DNA of 58,933 nt, filler included, from Trichosphaerium sp. ATCC 40318 (Eukaryota; Protista; Tubulinea): the NCBI GenBank assembly GCA_038496445.1. It is 3 parts of 3 records of this genome, joined end to end, with 100 filler letters (N's around TTAATTAATTAA, not from the genome) between each part and the next. Parts side by side here need not be neighbours in the genome. Positions count along the whole stretch, not along the records: positions 1 to 26,331 come from JALMLS010000034.1; 2 more parts are not named here. The stretch is one strand, 5' to 3'. A program made the translations under genes and the position numbers. Each line of letters begins with the position of its first letter. Position 1 is the first letter of the stretch. The notes below the pieces were generated by a model. The model was not told where the DNA came from and did no database searches. It saw nothing but the letters and a program-made list of their open reading frames with translations. Below, piece after piece: positions 12,586 through 24,906 of the stretch.

Positions 12586-13385
12586 TTATATTTTTGACTT
12601 TTGTATCTTTTCTGTAAACGCCACATTTTTCTCGAGTTCTGGCGTATCCTTGTTCCCTTTTATTCTTTCTAAAATCAAAGGTAATATGGTCTCCGGCGTT
12701 GGTCTACCGTAAGGTGCTAGAAGGCTTTATTAATTCTTGGATTCTTTACAATGAAAGGTGAAATTCGTACTATCTCTGTCAACTCTCCATTCATAGACGA
12801 TTGCACCTGTATGAGATATAGCGAATACAGCAGGCTGTGAGTAACAAGAATAAGTTAGTCACATTGGGATTAGTGCGCAGCAACATAGATCTTCTAAACA
12901 CGTACTTGTGTGATAATACCATCTTTATGTGTGACATGAAATTTCGATGTAGTCTTCAAAATGTCAAGGCTTGGCGTTTTCAAAATCCCAAAAGTGTCTG
13001 CGTAGGTTTTGTCGTAGTCACACTTTATTTCAACATGTGGTAAATCATCAGAAACATCAGTATTCCATTCTTTATTGATCTAAGAGAAAAAAAGGTCACT
13101 AAACATTTTTGACGCTTTGATTTTACTGTTTTACGCACTCCTTCAATGGTATCATTGTCTTGAGCTGTAAAGCAAAAGATATTACCACCAGACTCTCGTA
13201 TTGTTTTGGCAACTTTACGAAACTGTTGGTGGTAACGTTTACCTACACGTGGGCTTTGGTTAAGAGTCGCTTTGTATAAAATAAAGGTTCTAATTACATG
13301 GTGGTCACCAAGAGCCACGGAAGAAGTTTAATATAATGAAAGTGTTGTTTCCAATAAGTTCTTTAATGTGTGGCGAAGATTCCAT
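12586..13385 (-). CDS. AhpC/TSA (peroxiredoxin-like redoxin) selenoprotein with a UxxC motif, 190 aa, five exons (13385-13298, 13242-13127, 13079-12906, 12834-12771, 12716-12586)
   Basis: MESSPHIKELIGNNTFIILNFFRGSW(TGA)PPCKRYHQQFRKVAKTIRESGGNIFCFTAQD...CDYDKTYADTFGI...QPAVFAISHTGAIVYEW...GRPTPETILPLI; TGA at 13307-13305 takes the place of the first Cys of the F(Y)RGxWCPxC motif. Confidence 0.8.
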
Positions 13386-13739
13386 TGTGTGACGTGCTAT
13401 GACGCTTCAAAAATCTTCAACACGTTTCTTGTCATGCTTTGAACGTTTGAGGCGTAAACAATTCGAACAGGCTGAACGTCTATTTGTTGTGTCGAGGTTG
13501 CCACTGCGTAACAAGGTTAACAAGTTTTTTGGGTGAAGTTTTGTTGCAACAAAGTAGTTATCTTTTTTTTGGACCTGTTAGAATAAAGGGCTGTTCATTG
13601 TGTAGTGACTTGTAGTGGACAATACCACACATGAAAAGGGAACTCTATTTCTGTTGCAGACTAGCTATGTTAAGTTGGTGTTAAGGTTCATAAAATCTTT
13701 TATCGGCAATTCATGCGTTAGCTCATACACCGCATATCA

Positions 13740-15101
13740 ATGGCCAGGTACCTTCAAACAAGCGATTGGTGTAATATAAATGATTAAATTGTTTGCGTTT
13801 TAGCAATTCTGTGTCAACCAATATATGTGATATTCCCACGTGCTTCCTTCTACTGCTACCATTAGAAATTCAACATAAAATATTAAATCTCAACGGTAAT
13901 ACTTTCATTAAATGGCCTCAGCTCAACTACCAGACGGCTGTAACGTCCAGGTTCTCTTCCGATCTTGAAAAACATGGCCTTTTTAAGAAATATAACAAAG
14001 TTTGGCGTGTTGTACGATTACAATACTTTGAAAATGGTAAAAAACATGGAGAGTTTAAAGTTTGGACTCGTCTTGGTAAGGCTTTATTGAAATGCGGTTT
14101 TTATCGTAATGATATGCTTAATGGTCCATTACGCACGTGGCATTATTTAGGTCACGTGACAAAAGAATGTTCATTTATTGAAGGAAAGCTTCACGGAGAA
14201 TACAAGACATGGTAAGCGTCAAAACTTTTTTTACTTTTCTATTCGTTGATGCTTATGTTTCTTTTGGTACCCTAACGGTCAGATACACTCTCAAAGGTTA
14301 TTCAATAGAGGTAAATTATATGGCGTAGGTCGTGTTTGGTATCGTACTGGGCAACCTTGGACGCTTGTGGGGTATAAAGACAATGAATATAATGGTGAAT
14401 ATAAACGATGGCATGTCAATGGACAGATAGCTTCTGCTTCGACATATGTTATGGGAAAGAGACATGGCTTATCACAAGCATGGTATACAAATGGTCAGTT
14501 AGCATCTATGTGTTATTTAGATAAAGGAATGATGCAAGGAGAAAAAAAAACGTGGTACATGGAAGGTCAAGTTAAATCGATTGGAAACTACAAGAACGGA
14601 AAAAAACATGGCGAACACAAGGTACGTTTGCTAGCCGTTTTATAGAACAAAGCTTCGCGAAAAACACTTTGATTCAAATAAAGCGATATCGTTGGCTTGA
14701 TACCCACTTGTCAACTGGAACAAGCCATCCTTTTAAAGGCTTGTCAAAGCAAAAACTTTAATTTGTTTTCTTTTTGAAAAAACATTTTTAAATGTTTATG
14801 GTAGGTTTGGTACCCAAGTGGACAGGTGAGAAAATGTGCGATGTATAATGAAGGCTCTGTTAATGGAGAATATGCTTCATGGTATAGGGATGGACGAAGA
14901 CAAGTACAGACATATTTTATTAAAAGCAAACAAAATGGTATTTATCAAAGTTGGTTCTTTAATGGTCAAGAAAGAGAACGTTGTTGGTACAAGGATGGTT
15001 TAAAAGATGGAGAATATACACGTTGGCGTGTCAGCGGTGCTATAGAGACTCAAATAGTATACAAATCTGGCAAAGAAGGTAATACAGAGTACAAGAAGTA
15101 A
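13740..15101 (+). CDS. MORN-variant (MORN_2/YwqK-type) repeat protein with an F-box-like N-terminus
   Basis: LLLLPLEIQHKIL then many GKKHGEFKVW / GEYKRWHVNGQ / GIYQSWFFNGQ repeats across several exons. Confidence 0.75.
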
Positions 15102-15504
15102 TAAACAAGTTGTGACGCGTTGTGTACAACAACTTCGATAGATTTGAACAAACAATTATTTGCTTACATAGAACTCAGGCTTGTCGTCTAACATTATCGT
15201 GAAACGTCCCCAACATACTCTAAATAGAGTGTATGTACGTGTTATAGCAGTGGTTCACACCACGACACATTCAGTCTTATTCCCGTCTTACAGTGTTGTT
15301 TCTGTACTATAGCCAAAAAGCGTCTACCTCGCTACTTTCAAAGTGTTTCTATGTCCTGAGGTGCTTGGTAAGTGTCACGCTAAATTCAGCATATGCAAAT
15401 CTAGTCTAAAAAGGCAGCAATTTTGAGACTGTCATAGGAAAATCGTTTAGTTCAATGAAATAGTGTTCAATTTCTTTTTTTGGTTTAAACGACAACATCA
15501 AATA

Positions 15505-16080
15505 ATGCTGTGCAACTTAGCTCTAAAACATTGTAAACCTTCCACACGAACACTCCGTACTACCCTGGTACGGTGCTATTCAGAAGAGAACAAGGGTGGG
15601 AAAAAGGAGGAAGATGTCGTTGAAAAAGGGCTAAAACTCACGTTTGCCACTCCCAAGAGTACTATTGTAAGTGAAAAATACAAAATAAAAAAAGACGGCA
15701 AAGAGAAAGAGATTATTGTCCTATACGATAATCGTGAGGTCAAAAGAGTTAGTATACCTGGTCGTAGTGGTGTTCTTGGTATTCTAGATAAACATGCACC
15801 TATTATAGAGCCACTGGTACCTGGTCTTGTTAAAGTACTAGAGAAGGATGGCTCTGAAAAGAGGTTTTTGATATCTGGTGGTTATGCAGTTGTTCACAAG
15901 GACTCCTCGCTCACAATTAGCGTTGGAGGAGAATCTCTTGAAGATTTTGATAGAGATAGGGCAGCAGTATTGCTATCTCAGTACCAAGACGCTGCAACGA
16001 GGGCCAGCACTGATGAGGAAAAGGCAATATCAGGCGATCAGGTTAAGACATTGCAAGCACTGCTAGCAGCCTTGAATTGA
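15505..16080 (+). CDS. ATP5F1D: Mitochondrial F1 ATP synthase delta subunit (intronless)
   Basis: Arg-rich presequence; LKLTFATP, VSIPGRSGVLGILDKHAPIIEPLVPGLV, ISGGYAVVHKDSSLTIS; C-terminal helical hairpin. Confidence 0.85.
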   Translation: MLCNLALKHCKPSTRTLRTTLVRCYSEENKGGKKEEDVVEKGLKLTFATPKSTIVSEKYKIKKDGKEKEIIVLYDNREVKRVSIPGRSGVLGILDKHAPIIEPLVPGLVKVLEKDGSEKRFLISGGYAVVHKDSSLTISVGGESLEDFDRDRAAVLLSQYQDAATRASTDEEKAISGDQVKTLQALLAALN

Positions 16081-16475
16081 GCTATTCATTTATTCTCATT
16101 CCAAGGTATGCATATTAAATTCATAACCCTCCATCTGGCATCCTGGGTGTTCTTATTTTTAAACGAATGTAACAATAAATCACTTTCAATATACTCTTAT
16201 TCATTTTAAACAAATGCCCCTAATTACCGAGTCATTTTCGTGCTGTCAAACTGAATGTGGAGTTTATGGACACGAACCAATCTAAGGATAAGTCTGGGGT
16301 CGACATTTTCTACCTCAAGTTGGTTCAGAATTAACGACTGTTCAAGTTGATGTGATTCCTCGGCGAACACTAGTTTCGAGTTTACTCGTCGCTGTTCTCT
16401 AGGTCTGTAATTCTGTGCTGTTCATTCTTAAGTCTATAACTTTAAGCACTTGTCATTACAAGGCGAGAGTTACTC

Positions 16476-18429
16476 ATGATCATTGTTCTTGTTATAGTAG
16501 CTTTGATATTAAGTGTTTTATTTGGCGTATACTACGCACAGTGGGTTAAAAGAATAACACAAGCGAATATAGCAGATTGTACAGTGTACATCCACATAAA
16601 ACACTGTTTTTATTCTTCTAGGGTCTCAAATAGCAAACTTGAAGGTAATTAGACAACTGACTCCTTTTGAGTCGTTGTATATTATTCTACACGAGGTACA
16701 AGAACGTGTTTTTTATGTGGAACGTAGCTAGTGTTCGAATTAAAACGTTTTCTGATTATTTTAGTTCGCAGCATCAAATAAACTATGTTCTGCTACAAGC
16801 TTCTCTGTTGACGCTTCAGTAAGTGATATACGAAAGGCGGTGCTTAAATTACAACAACGACACCAAAAACTCAGGTTCCTAAAAATGATCACGTGATGTA
16901 TGTCGTTTCATATTTTCTTAGGTTTGGTGTTCATAGACAGAATGGCAACTTCTTTTATCATGAATATGAGAATGCAGACCGCCTTGTTCGTTTTGATGCT
17001 CTACAACGAATCAATGATGATCAATACTATGATGTGCGTAGAAAACTTGTGGTTGAACTTTAATCTCAACAACTTCTGTTGAGGTGTGGGATGAGAGTAT
17101 GAACAGTTTTGATAGTCCGATTGGTTTTGACAAGTTACTTTGGAGTATTAAATTGGTTCATAACCCTGAACCTGGAAAGCAAAAGCATGAAATTATAATG
17201 AATATATTCCATTTTTTAGTAGATGGAACAGGTCTTACAACCCTGACCAAAGACCTCCTTGAATTCATAGACAATCCTGATAAGCGTTAGTTATTATTAC
17301 CTTTAAGATTTCTCACTAACACCCTAAGCCGTTGAGCAACTACTTGAGCACCCACCCATGAATACTGTTTTGAACGACGCTAAATTTAAAGCAGTTAGAG
17401 ATTTCATTCCTTCGTACTTCTTGTGGGTTCCATTATGGTGAGTTCAATGTGCGTGCCAACCAAGGTCTTATTTTGCTAGGTTTTTATCTCTTTGCCTTTT
17501 AATGCAAACTGATGAAGGCCATCACCTTCCTAGAGATAGCGAAGCAAAAATCAAATACAGAAAGGATAGAATATTTGGTTTAACGTTAGCTCTAATCCAA
17601 ACTAAATGACAATTTGACTTACTAAAACGTTTAGGATAAAAAAAACAGATTTTGACAAGTTTGTAGCTAAATGCAAAGAAAAGGGAATGACAGTAAATTC
17701 AGGACTGTGTGGGGTTCTTTTTGAAACACTACAAGAAGAACTTGATCTTAAAGATGGTTTTAAGCTATCTCTAGATATACCTGCTAGTTGTAGAAAGCTC
17801 TTAAATATACCAAAGACAGCTCTTGGACCTTATATTGCATACTACAATCCTTTCTTTGTGATAAAAAAAGGCAACACTTGTTGGGACTATGGAGACCAGG
17901 TATGAGTAGAAATAAGATAAAAAAGGTTTAATATGCTTTAGATTGGAGCATCTAATAACCAAAATATACCGAACAAAAGTATTCCTTACTGGTACATGAC
18001 ACTTGGAGTTGCAGATTTGTTTAACATCAGTACACAACCTTTTTTCCTTATTTTTTCTCATTGTTATCTTACCGTTCAGTTGGATACCCTATCGCCCGGA
18101 TAATGCTAAATGAGAACTCTGGTAGATCTCCACACACTCTACTGTCTAATTTAGGTATTTTTTGTACTGACAAAACGTTTGGAAAGAATCTTGAACTCAA
18201 CGAATACTACTTTGGTTCTAGTAAGCAGTTTAGTCTCTTGTGCTTATATTGTTTACTTTGAGATAAAGGTAGAAGAGGTACTGGCGAGGTATTCCAGATG
18301 TTTGTTGTAACATGGGGAGGAGACTTATATGTTACATCACAATGGGTGGAACCATTTATGAGCGCTAGTACAGCTAAGACAATTGCAACAAAATTTGGCT
18401 CTAAAGTTCGAACAGTAAACAAAGAATAG
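16476..18429 (+). CDS. Membrane-anchored CoA-dependent acyltransferase (condensation/alcohol acetyltransferase/PapA5-like), multi-exon
   Basis: N-terminal TM helix; RQLTPFE; IFHFLVDGTG (HxxxDG); CKEKGMTVNSGL; LSNLG. Confidence 0.7.
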
Positions 18430-18451
18430 GGCAAACTTCGCTTGTACGTAA

Positions 18452-19021
18452 TCAAACTGTATGTAATACATACCATGACTGTGGTTTTTGATACTTCACA
18501 ATGGACTTAAATTTTTGGCTAAACGGAGAAAGTTTTTCATTCCTCTTTTTTCCAGAGCCTTTTGGTGAAAGTACCAAACTATGAGTAGGTACTAGTTGCA
18601 AGCGTTGCTTGTTAATATGGACGATTAGTGTTATGACACGGTATTGTAGTGATTGTCGGGAAGTCTTAATGATTCTATTTTTTGCTTTTGTCACCTTGAT
18701 ACGTTCTATCAAACTAACTCCAAGCTCTTTCAAAACATCTTGAGCAATTTCATTAGTTTTAATACCAAGCTCATCTATCAATGATACAAGCTCTTGTGCT
18801 CTATCAGCTGCAAGCCAGTACTGACATCCAATCAGTTTTAACACGCTCCATTTGTATGGATGTTGTTGATCACCTAACATGGTGGTTGAGCGATGCCCAT
18901 TTGAATGCATGAAGCTTTGCTAAATACAACTACTTAAAATATACTAAACTAAAAAATACATAGGTGTATCACTAACCGAAGCATAGGGCTTATATCCATG
19001 AATGCTCACGTGATATGCCAT
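18452..19021 (-). CDS. Small hypothetical protein with a SAM-like helical segment
   Basis: 152-aa ORF containing IDELGI...QDVLKELGVSLIERIKV; exon structure uncertain. Confidence 0.35.
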
Positions 19022-19149
19022 TGGTGTCATTTGGTGAAAAACGTTTGGCTAACTCGTAAAAAGGCAATTACTTTTCACACTTAAAACGAGGATGGTTTAA
19101 CCCGTTTTAGTAAAAAAGCAGTCTTTAGTTTTCCTATTGTTTGCGTACC

Positions 19150-21151
19150 ATGGCACAACACCACACCAGGCTTATATTTCTTGTTACGGCGCTTATAATT
19201 GTACGGTTTTTTCCAACAGATGTACACTCAAAAAAGACTACGCCCAAGTTCAAAATTATAGTAAAACACGTGTCATATTATTTTTGCGAAGAAGAAGTTA
19301 AATTTGAGAACATTCAGTAATCGGTAGCTAAAATTCTGTCCTCACTTTTTAGGTGATCATAGCGCAGGCGCCTCCAACAACACCTTCAGGTACCATAAAC
19401 TATAACAAAGCGCTGAATTTTTTTTTACAGCTCCAACGCCGGCACCTACGCCACCACCAACAACCTCACCTGTAGTAAGTTTCACATGCCACGTTTCACC
19501 ACAGGGATTGTCAACTGTACGTACTTGTAATCGGTTTTTTGCAAATGTGCTAACCATGATTTCAACAGAACAATGGTACCCTTGCCTCCCCATTTTTCAA
19601 CATCAGTGATTGTTTCAACTCTCGACCAAGCTCTAGTGCTGTGCAACAAGCAATTATCATCGCTTCTGGTACGTTTTTAAACTAGGTTTTTTCACTTGTT
19701 TCGTGTAAATGCATGAACGAACGAAGTTCTTTTTAGGCGGTGTGTACAACTACAACACTAAACAAAAGTCTGCGATTTTACATCTCAACATTACAAGTAT
19801 CACAATAAAATCTGTTGAAGAAAATGAGAGCAAACCTATGTTCCGCGGAACGAACGGATTGGTACACCATTACACTTGTATTCTTTCAAATCCTCCACTT
19901 TTTTTTTCCATGCTTATTTATTTACAGTACCTTGAATTTGACACTCCTACCACGTGCATCTTCAGCGATATTGATGCCTACCCCTTCACATTATATGCTA
20001 ACGTGCTACATAATTACGGCGACATAATTAGAATACAAAATAGTACCTTGCGTCAAGGTATATTCAAACCAAAACAAAAATGTAATCCTGAATTTATCTT
20101 TCTAGTGCTTGTTGACTTTTGGTTCATCAACTCATTCATAGTTAAAGAATCCACACTAGATAACGTCGCTTCTGTATCAAAAATGTTTATAAGGGAGATA
20201 CTAATGGAAAACTCTAATATCTCCAACTTCCTGCTACGTACGAATTGCATTGAAGGAAAATATCACGTGACTTCTAGTTGTTACTGAAAGCTAACGTTTC
20301 TATCTAAAGATGCTGACCTTCAACTATGTGATTTATTCAGCATGTACAATGTAATCGCTACAAAGGTAGATTTTAGGCAACAATGTGATACTGGTATAGT
20401 CTTTCTTCGTTTTTTTCGCTTTATGACTTTCTTACCAACTAATTTAGTTTCTGTAAGGAAAAGCACGTTTATAGAATCAAGCTTAGCTATTACTCAATCA
20501 TACACTGTTATGATCGAGCATTCTTCTTTTAGTGACTACATTGGTGCACCGGATTTTGTACGTCCACAAAACAAAATACAAGTTCAACTCTCTTTTTGAT
20601 GTTTATTTACCTTTCACACTCTAATTCTTCGAAGCCTGTCTTGAGTTTAGCACAAGTAAATTTACCAGGAACTTACTACGATATTTCTATCTTAAACTCA
20701 ACATTCACCAGTAATGGGTACGCTAAAACTTGTTTGATTTGACTCAAAGACTTTCAAAAAAATTCTTGTGTGATGTGTTTAACTTCTCTGTAGTGTCAAT
20801 TTCGACCTACCCCCATCTTATACTTCTTATTATTCAACAATATTGCTTGGTTCATCTTTCTTTGAACAAGGAACCAATAGTTCAATCAGTATCTCTGGGT
20901 GTACTTTTATAACAACACAGCTGTTAAAAAGAACTCAACAATATTTGCTCCTCCTCTCGGTACAACCGGTATGTTGTTTGGATTCTTTCTTTTTTTTTGT
21001 TTATTTTGTGCTTATTTTCTTTAGTTGTGGTAACGTTGCCAGTATCCTTGCTCTTGATGAGAACCTTAATCGCGACTTTAAGATCTTTCATGCTGTCCCT
21101 GACTCTGATCGTGTTATTCCACCACGTCAACCAATGCCATACTTTCTCTAA
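19150..21151 (+). CDS. Secreted or surface protein with a Pro/Thr linker and probable beta-helix (pectin-lyase-like) repeats; many introns
   Basis: Signal peptide; PTPAPTPPPTT; CFNSRPSSSAV; repeated I.NSTF / IEHSSF / ISGCTF motifs. Confidence 0.5.
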
Positions 21152-21481
21152 ACATGAAATAAGAAAAAGAGACAGTTTATTGTCATTTTTCACCCTTAGT
21201 AATCTCCTGTTAATCAATTAATTAGTAAAAGCGATCCTTTTAATATAACTACACGTCTACGCTTTCTGGGTTCTTCATGTGTTTACTTTTATAACCTTCA
21301 GTTGTTGTTGTTTTGATGATAAAAACAAAGATGTAGGTGCTCTCTATGTTGTAACTAAGTTTTTACTTTTTTTTTTTTGCAACACGTTTTGGGTTTTGAA
21401 TGGGTTTGCTTTAGTACAAATCACGTGTCTTTTCTATTCTTGTTTGGGTTGTTTTTGTTTTGTTTTTTTTTGGTTTCTTCG

Positions 21482-23250
21482 TTAAAATCCTGAGTATTGA
21501 GTGTCGCCTGTTTTGTAGTCATTGTAAGTTGGTGCTTGGTATTGTCTATCATATACTGCTGGTTGTTGTGTTGTTCGTTGGGGAGTAAGATATGGTGAAC
21601 TAGCGCGTGATGGAGTTGTTTGATAAGACGCTTGGTACGGTGAACGTCTTGGTACTGTCCCTGGCGTATGATAAGGAGATTGTGCCGTAGGTGTGAGATA
21701 AGGAGAGCGACTAGCCATCAATGATGGTGTATGGTATGGTGATGATGCTATTGGAGTACGCGGTAGACTTGCAGCGCTTGGGGTATGGTAAGGAGACTTA
21801 GAAACACCATTTGAATACGGAGATTGAGAAAGTATACTTGGATAAGGTGACCCGAGAAATCCCGTTTGGACGTGGAGATTTAGGTATTGTACTTGGATAA
21901 GGTGATTGAGTAATTCTAGTTGGGCGTGGAGATTTAGGTATTGTACTTGGATACGGTGATTGAGAAACTCCGTTTGGATATGGTGATTGAGAGTTTCTGC
22001 TTAGATACGGTGATTGAGAATCTCTGCTTGGATATGGAGATTGTATTTGTAATGGACTTCGTTCTAGGTCTTGTGTTTGTACTGGTAGCTCTGTTTTTAT
22101 CGTTGTTCAAGTGGTTGTTCTGTTTCTTGCTCTTGTTCTTGATCTAGGTCTTGTTCTTCGACTTCTTGTGATTTTGGTTCTATTATCGTTTCGGGTTGTT
22201 GTTCTTGGTGTTTTACTTGTGTGTTAACCTTTTCTAGTTTTTCTTGAAGTAAGTTTGCTGTGTTTAGAAGCGTTTGACATTTCTCAAAGAGTTCGTCATT
22301 TTCTACTTCTTTCATTTGCATGAGGTTATCCAGAGTCTTTATTTAGGTGTGAGAAATAGTCACGTGTATGATAGTTTGACGTACATCTGCACGTGATTTT
22401 TGTCGTGCGAATTTCATGTCGTTTAAGTATGTTTCTTGGGTCATTGTTTTTGTTAGTTCATCGACTTGTAGTTCTAACGCATCTATTCTACTTTTACTTT
22501 GTTTTTCAAGAGCGTTTAGCTTAGATCTAGTGACCATATGTTCTGCTTTTTCTTGGTGAAGATCTTCGAGTAGCTTTGACTCATTCTGGACGCACGTGTT
22601 AGCGACGATTTACAAAAAGACGGTTCTTCCTCAAGAAAAAAGTTTTGATTGTTTTTTGCATTTCCTTTACCTCCTTGTAGCTCTCTAATAAATTCTGGGC
22701 CTCGAGGTGCTTCAATTCGATATTATTAAACGTCTCTTGTCGCGCTTGAAGTTTTCGTAACTAAACAGTCTGTAAGAGAAGAGAAAAAAAAACCTTACAC
22801 AGAGATACATTATCGCGTTATGTTTTTAACATATCAAATAATTTTAGCGTACTTCTGATTCCATCTGACCTATTTTACGCTTATCTACTGTTTCTTGTAC
22901 ATTCTTCTCTTCTAAATATACCTCACTTTAATACAAAGTGTTTGGGTAACATTACCTACTAGTTTTTGAAGCACTTCCTCATAAGCAATGATAATATTTT
23001 TAAACTTCAAGTTTGTTTCTTGTTCTCTCCTTAGTACATCTTCGTAGTCCATTTGTATTATCTGTAGCTCATTCATAGCCTTTTAAAAAAATCAGTAAAC
23101 TATTAAAAAATAACACGTGATACTCTTAAATACTAAAATATACAACCTCTTCGATCACGTGATCGATCTTACCTGATGATAAATTTCTTTTTTTAATTTT
23201 GCGATATAGTCTCCTGCTGATAGCTCCGATGAACTGAAAGGTAATTCCAT
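21482..23250 (-). CDS. Coiled-coil protein with a C-terminal S-P-Y repeat tail (apparent frameshifts)
   Basis: Heptad-rich exons (KLNALEKQSKSRIDALELQVDELTK), Q/E-rich linker, then SQSPY repeats. Confidence 0.55.
21700..22045 (-). repeat. Imperfect 27-bp coding tandem repeat (9-aa unit SQSPYPxxx / PKSPRPxxx)
   Basis: QSPYPSRD SQSPYLSRN SQSPYPNGV SQSPYPSTI PKSPRPTRI TQSPYPSTI PKSPRPNGI... Confidence 0.75.
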
Positions 23251-24906
23251 AGTGCGTCGATAATTCAAAGCAAATACAGACTGCAGTTTGTGGTTGATTA
23301 ATTTTTTTTGTGAAGCTTGACTCCCTTAACTAAACAAGCCTTAAAAATACTTTTTACCATGAATCTGCAGCCATACACAGCGTGCCAGTACTACGTGAAT
23401 AGATAGTATTTGATTGGTATGAATGTGGCTTTAAGCGTGGAAATACGCTATTTATCAGCCGTTATAAGTGGTATAGTCGGCTAAGCCTGGATCGGACCGG
23501 CCACCTATAATCGCTGGCTTTTGAAAACGAGGAACGTACACAAATGGATTCTTATTAACATCATTTGGTAATCCAAGCAAACTAGTTTGGATTATCCTCA
23601 GTAAGAGCATGTACAACTATCTTTGGTAACATACTCCATCTTTCGGACAATGAAGGTTACTCTCAATCAATGTTCAGCCATGATTTTCACATAAGAGCAT
23701 AAGATATCAATGTATGCAACAGCAATGCAAAGTGTCACAGATACTGTTATGGGCTAGCAGTACACTTTCAATCGCCTATAGAATAAGCTATAGTCACGTG
23801 ACAGCTACTAGCAGAAAATACATCATTTGATGAAACTAACGGATGACAGCTGTACTAAAAAGGATGCTAGTATTTTTAAAATGGTTTTATATACGCTGGA
23901 GCGATATGTTATTTGATCTTATTAGTAATGTGTACGAGTTCATTATTTTGTCTTCAACAGTTTGTTAGCAATCCACTTTAGTCCCGATCAAGGCTTTAGC
24001 CCCTTCTTTGCTAACATAACTTTGATAGGCGCAAATATGGGATGTACCAACAAGTGCTTTAATACCTCATCAGTTACTAACGTGCGACAAAGATAAAGGA
24101 TGTTTCGAAGCTGATTTTGATTTAACGTTCTAAGTACAATAGCGTGGTATCCAATAACACGTTTGACAAGCTTTAAATCGTGATGTGGTTGTTTATATGC
24201 TCTTATCTCTGTAGGAAGCCGCAATACACTTTTGTGGGAGGTGGTTGATTTTACAACGCTTTGAGGTAGATAGCATAGTATGTTGTATTCAATAATTACA
24301 AAGTAACAAAAGCCACACTTGACCCTAAGCGACATGCATGATAGTATCCAGTCTAGTGTCAACAATTGTACCTGCAAAGATACAATCTCTCAAAAGTGCA
24401 CGTGACTAGTAAATAAAGTTCAAATGGTTTGGTGACAAACCGCCAAACCTTGCTGCCAGTGCAAGGTGGTGTATTAAACAGTTAGATTGTGAAGCACGCT
24501 TAAATCTTGACTCGTGTAACTGTTCCTCACTATCCCTAGATTACCATATACTAGTATATAATTGATACCAAAACAAGATCACACCTCCTTCCCGGGCCAC
24601 AACAATAATACACAAATAAACCCTATGCGTGCATGTAGTATACGTAATGACTGGTACAAGGTTAAACACTAGTTGATTTGCTGTCTATTGTTTATAAGGT
24701 TTGCCTAGTACCAATTAAGTTATTGGCAGTATCGCTCCCCAAAACCTCTGCAGTTGCATATGAACTACAATACTTTGTGGTGTAAAACAAGAGATTCATA
24801 TCAAATTGTTTAAGGGGGCGTGCCCCTTAAGCCTAACTGATGCATTAGGCACAAAAAATACAGAGTATAATAATAGGATTTATTATTTTTGTTGGGGTGA
24901 ACAACT

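Noticed and set aside
13305-13307. General TGA reassignment (alternative genetic code)
   Set aside because: TGA ends other genes here (ATP synthase delta at 16080, the isochorismatase-like gene at 7955), so the recoding is site-specific
23400-24800. Possible gene(s), including ORF 23988-24377
   Set aside because: No recognisable motif and many stops; no supported model could be built
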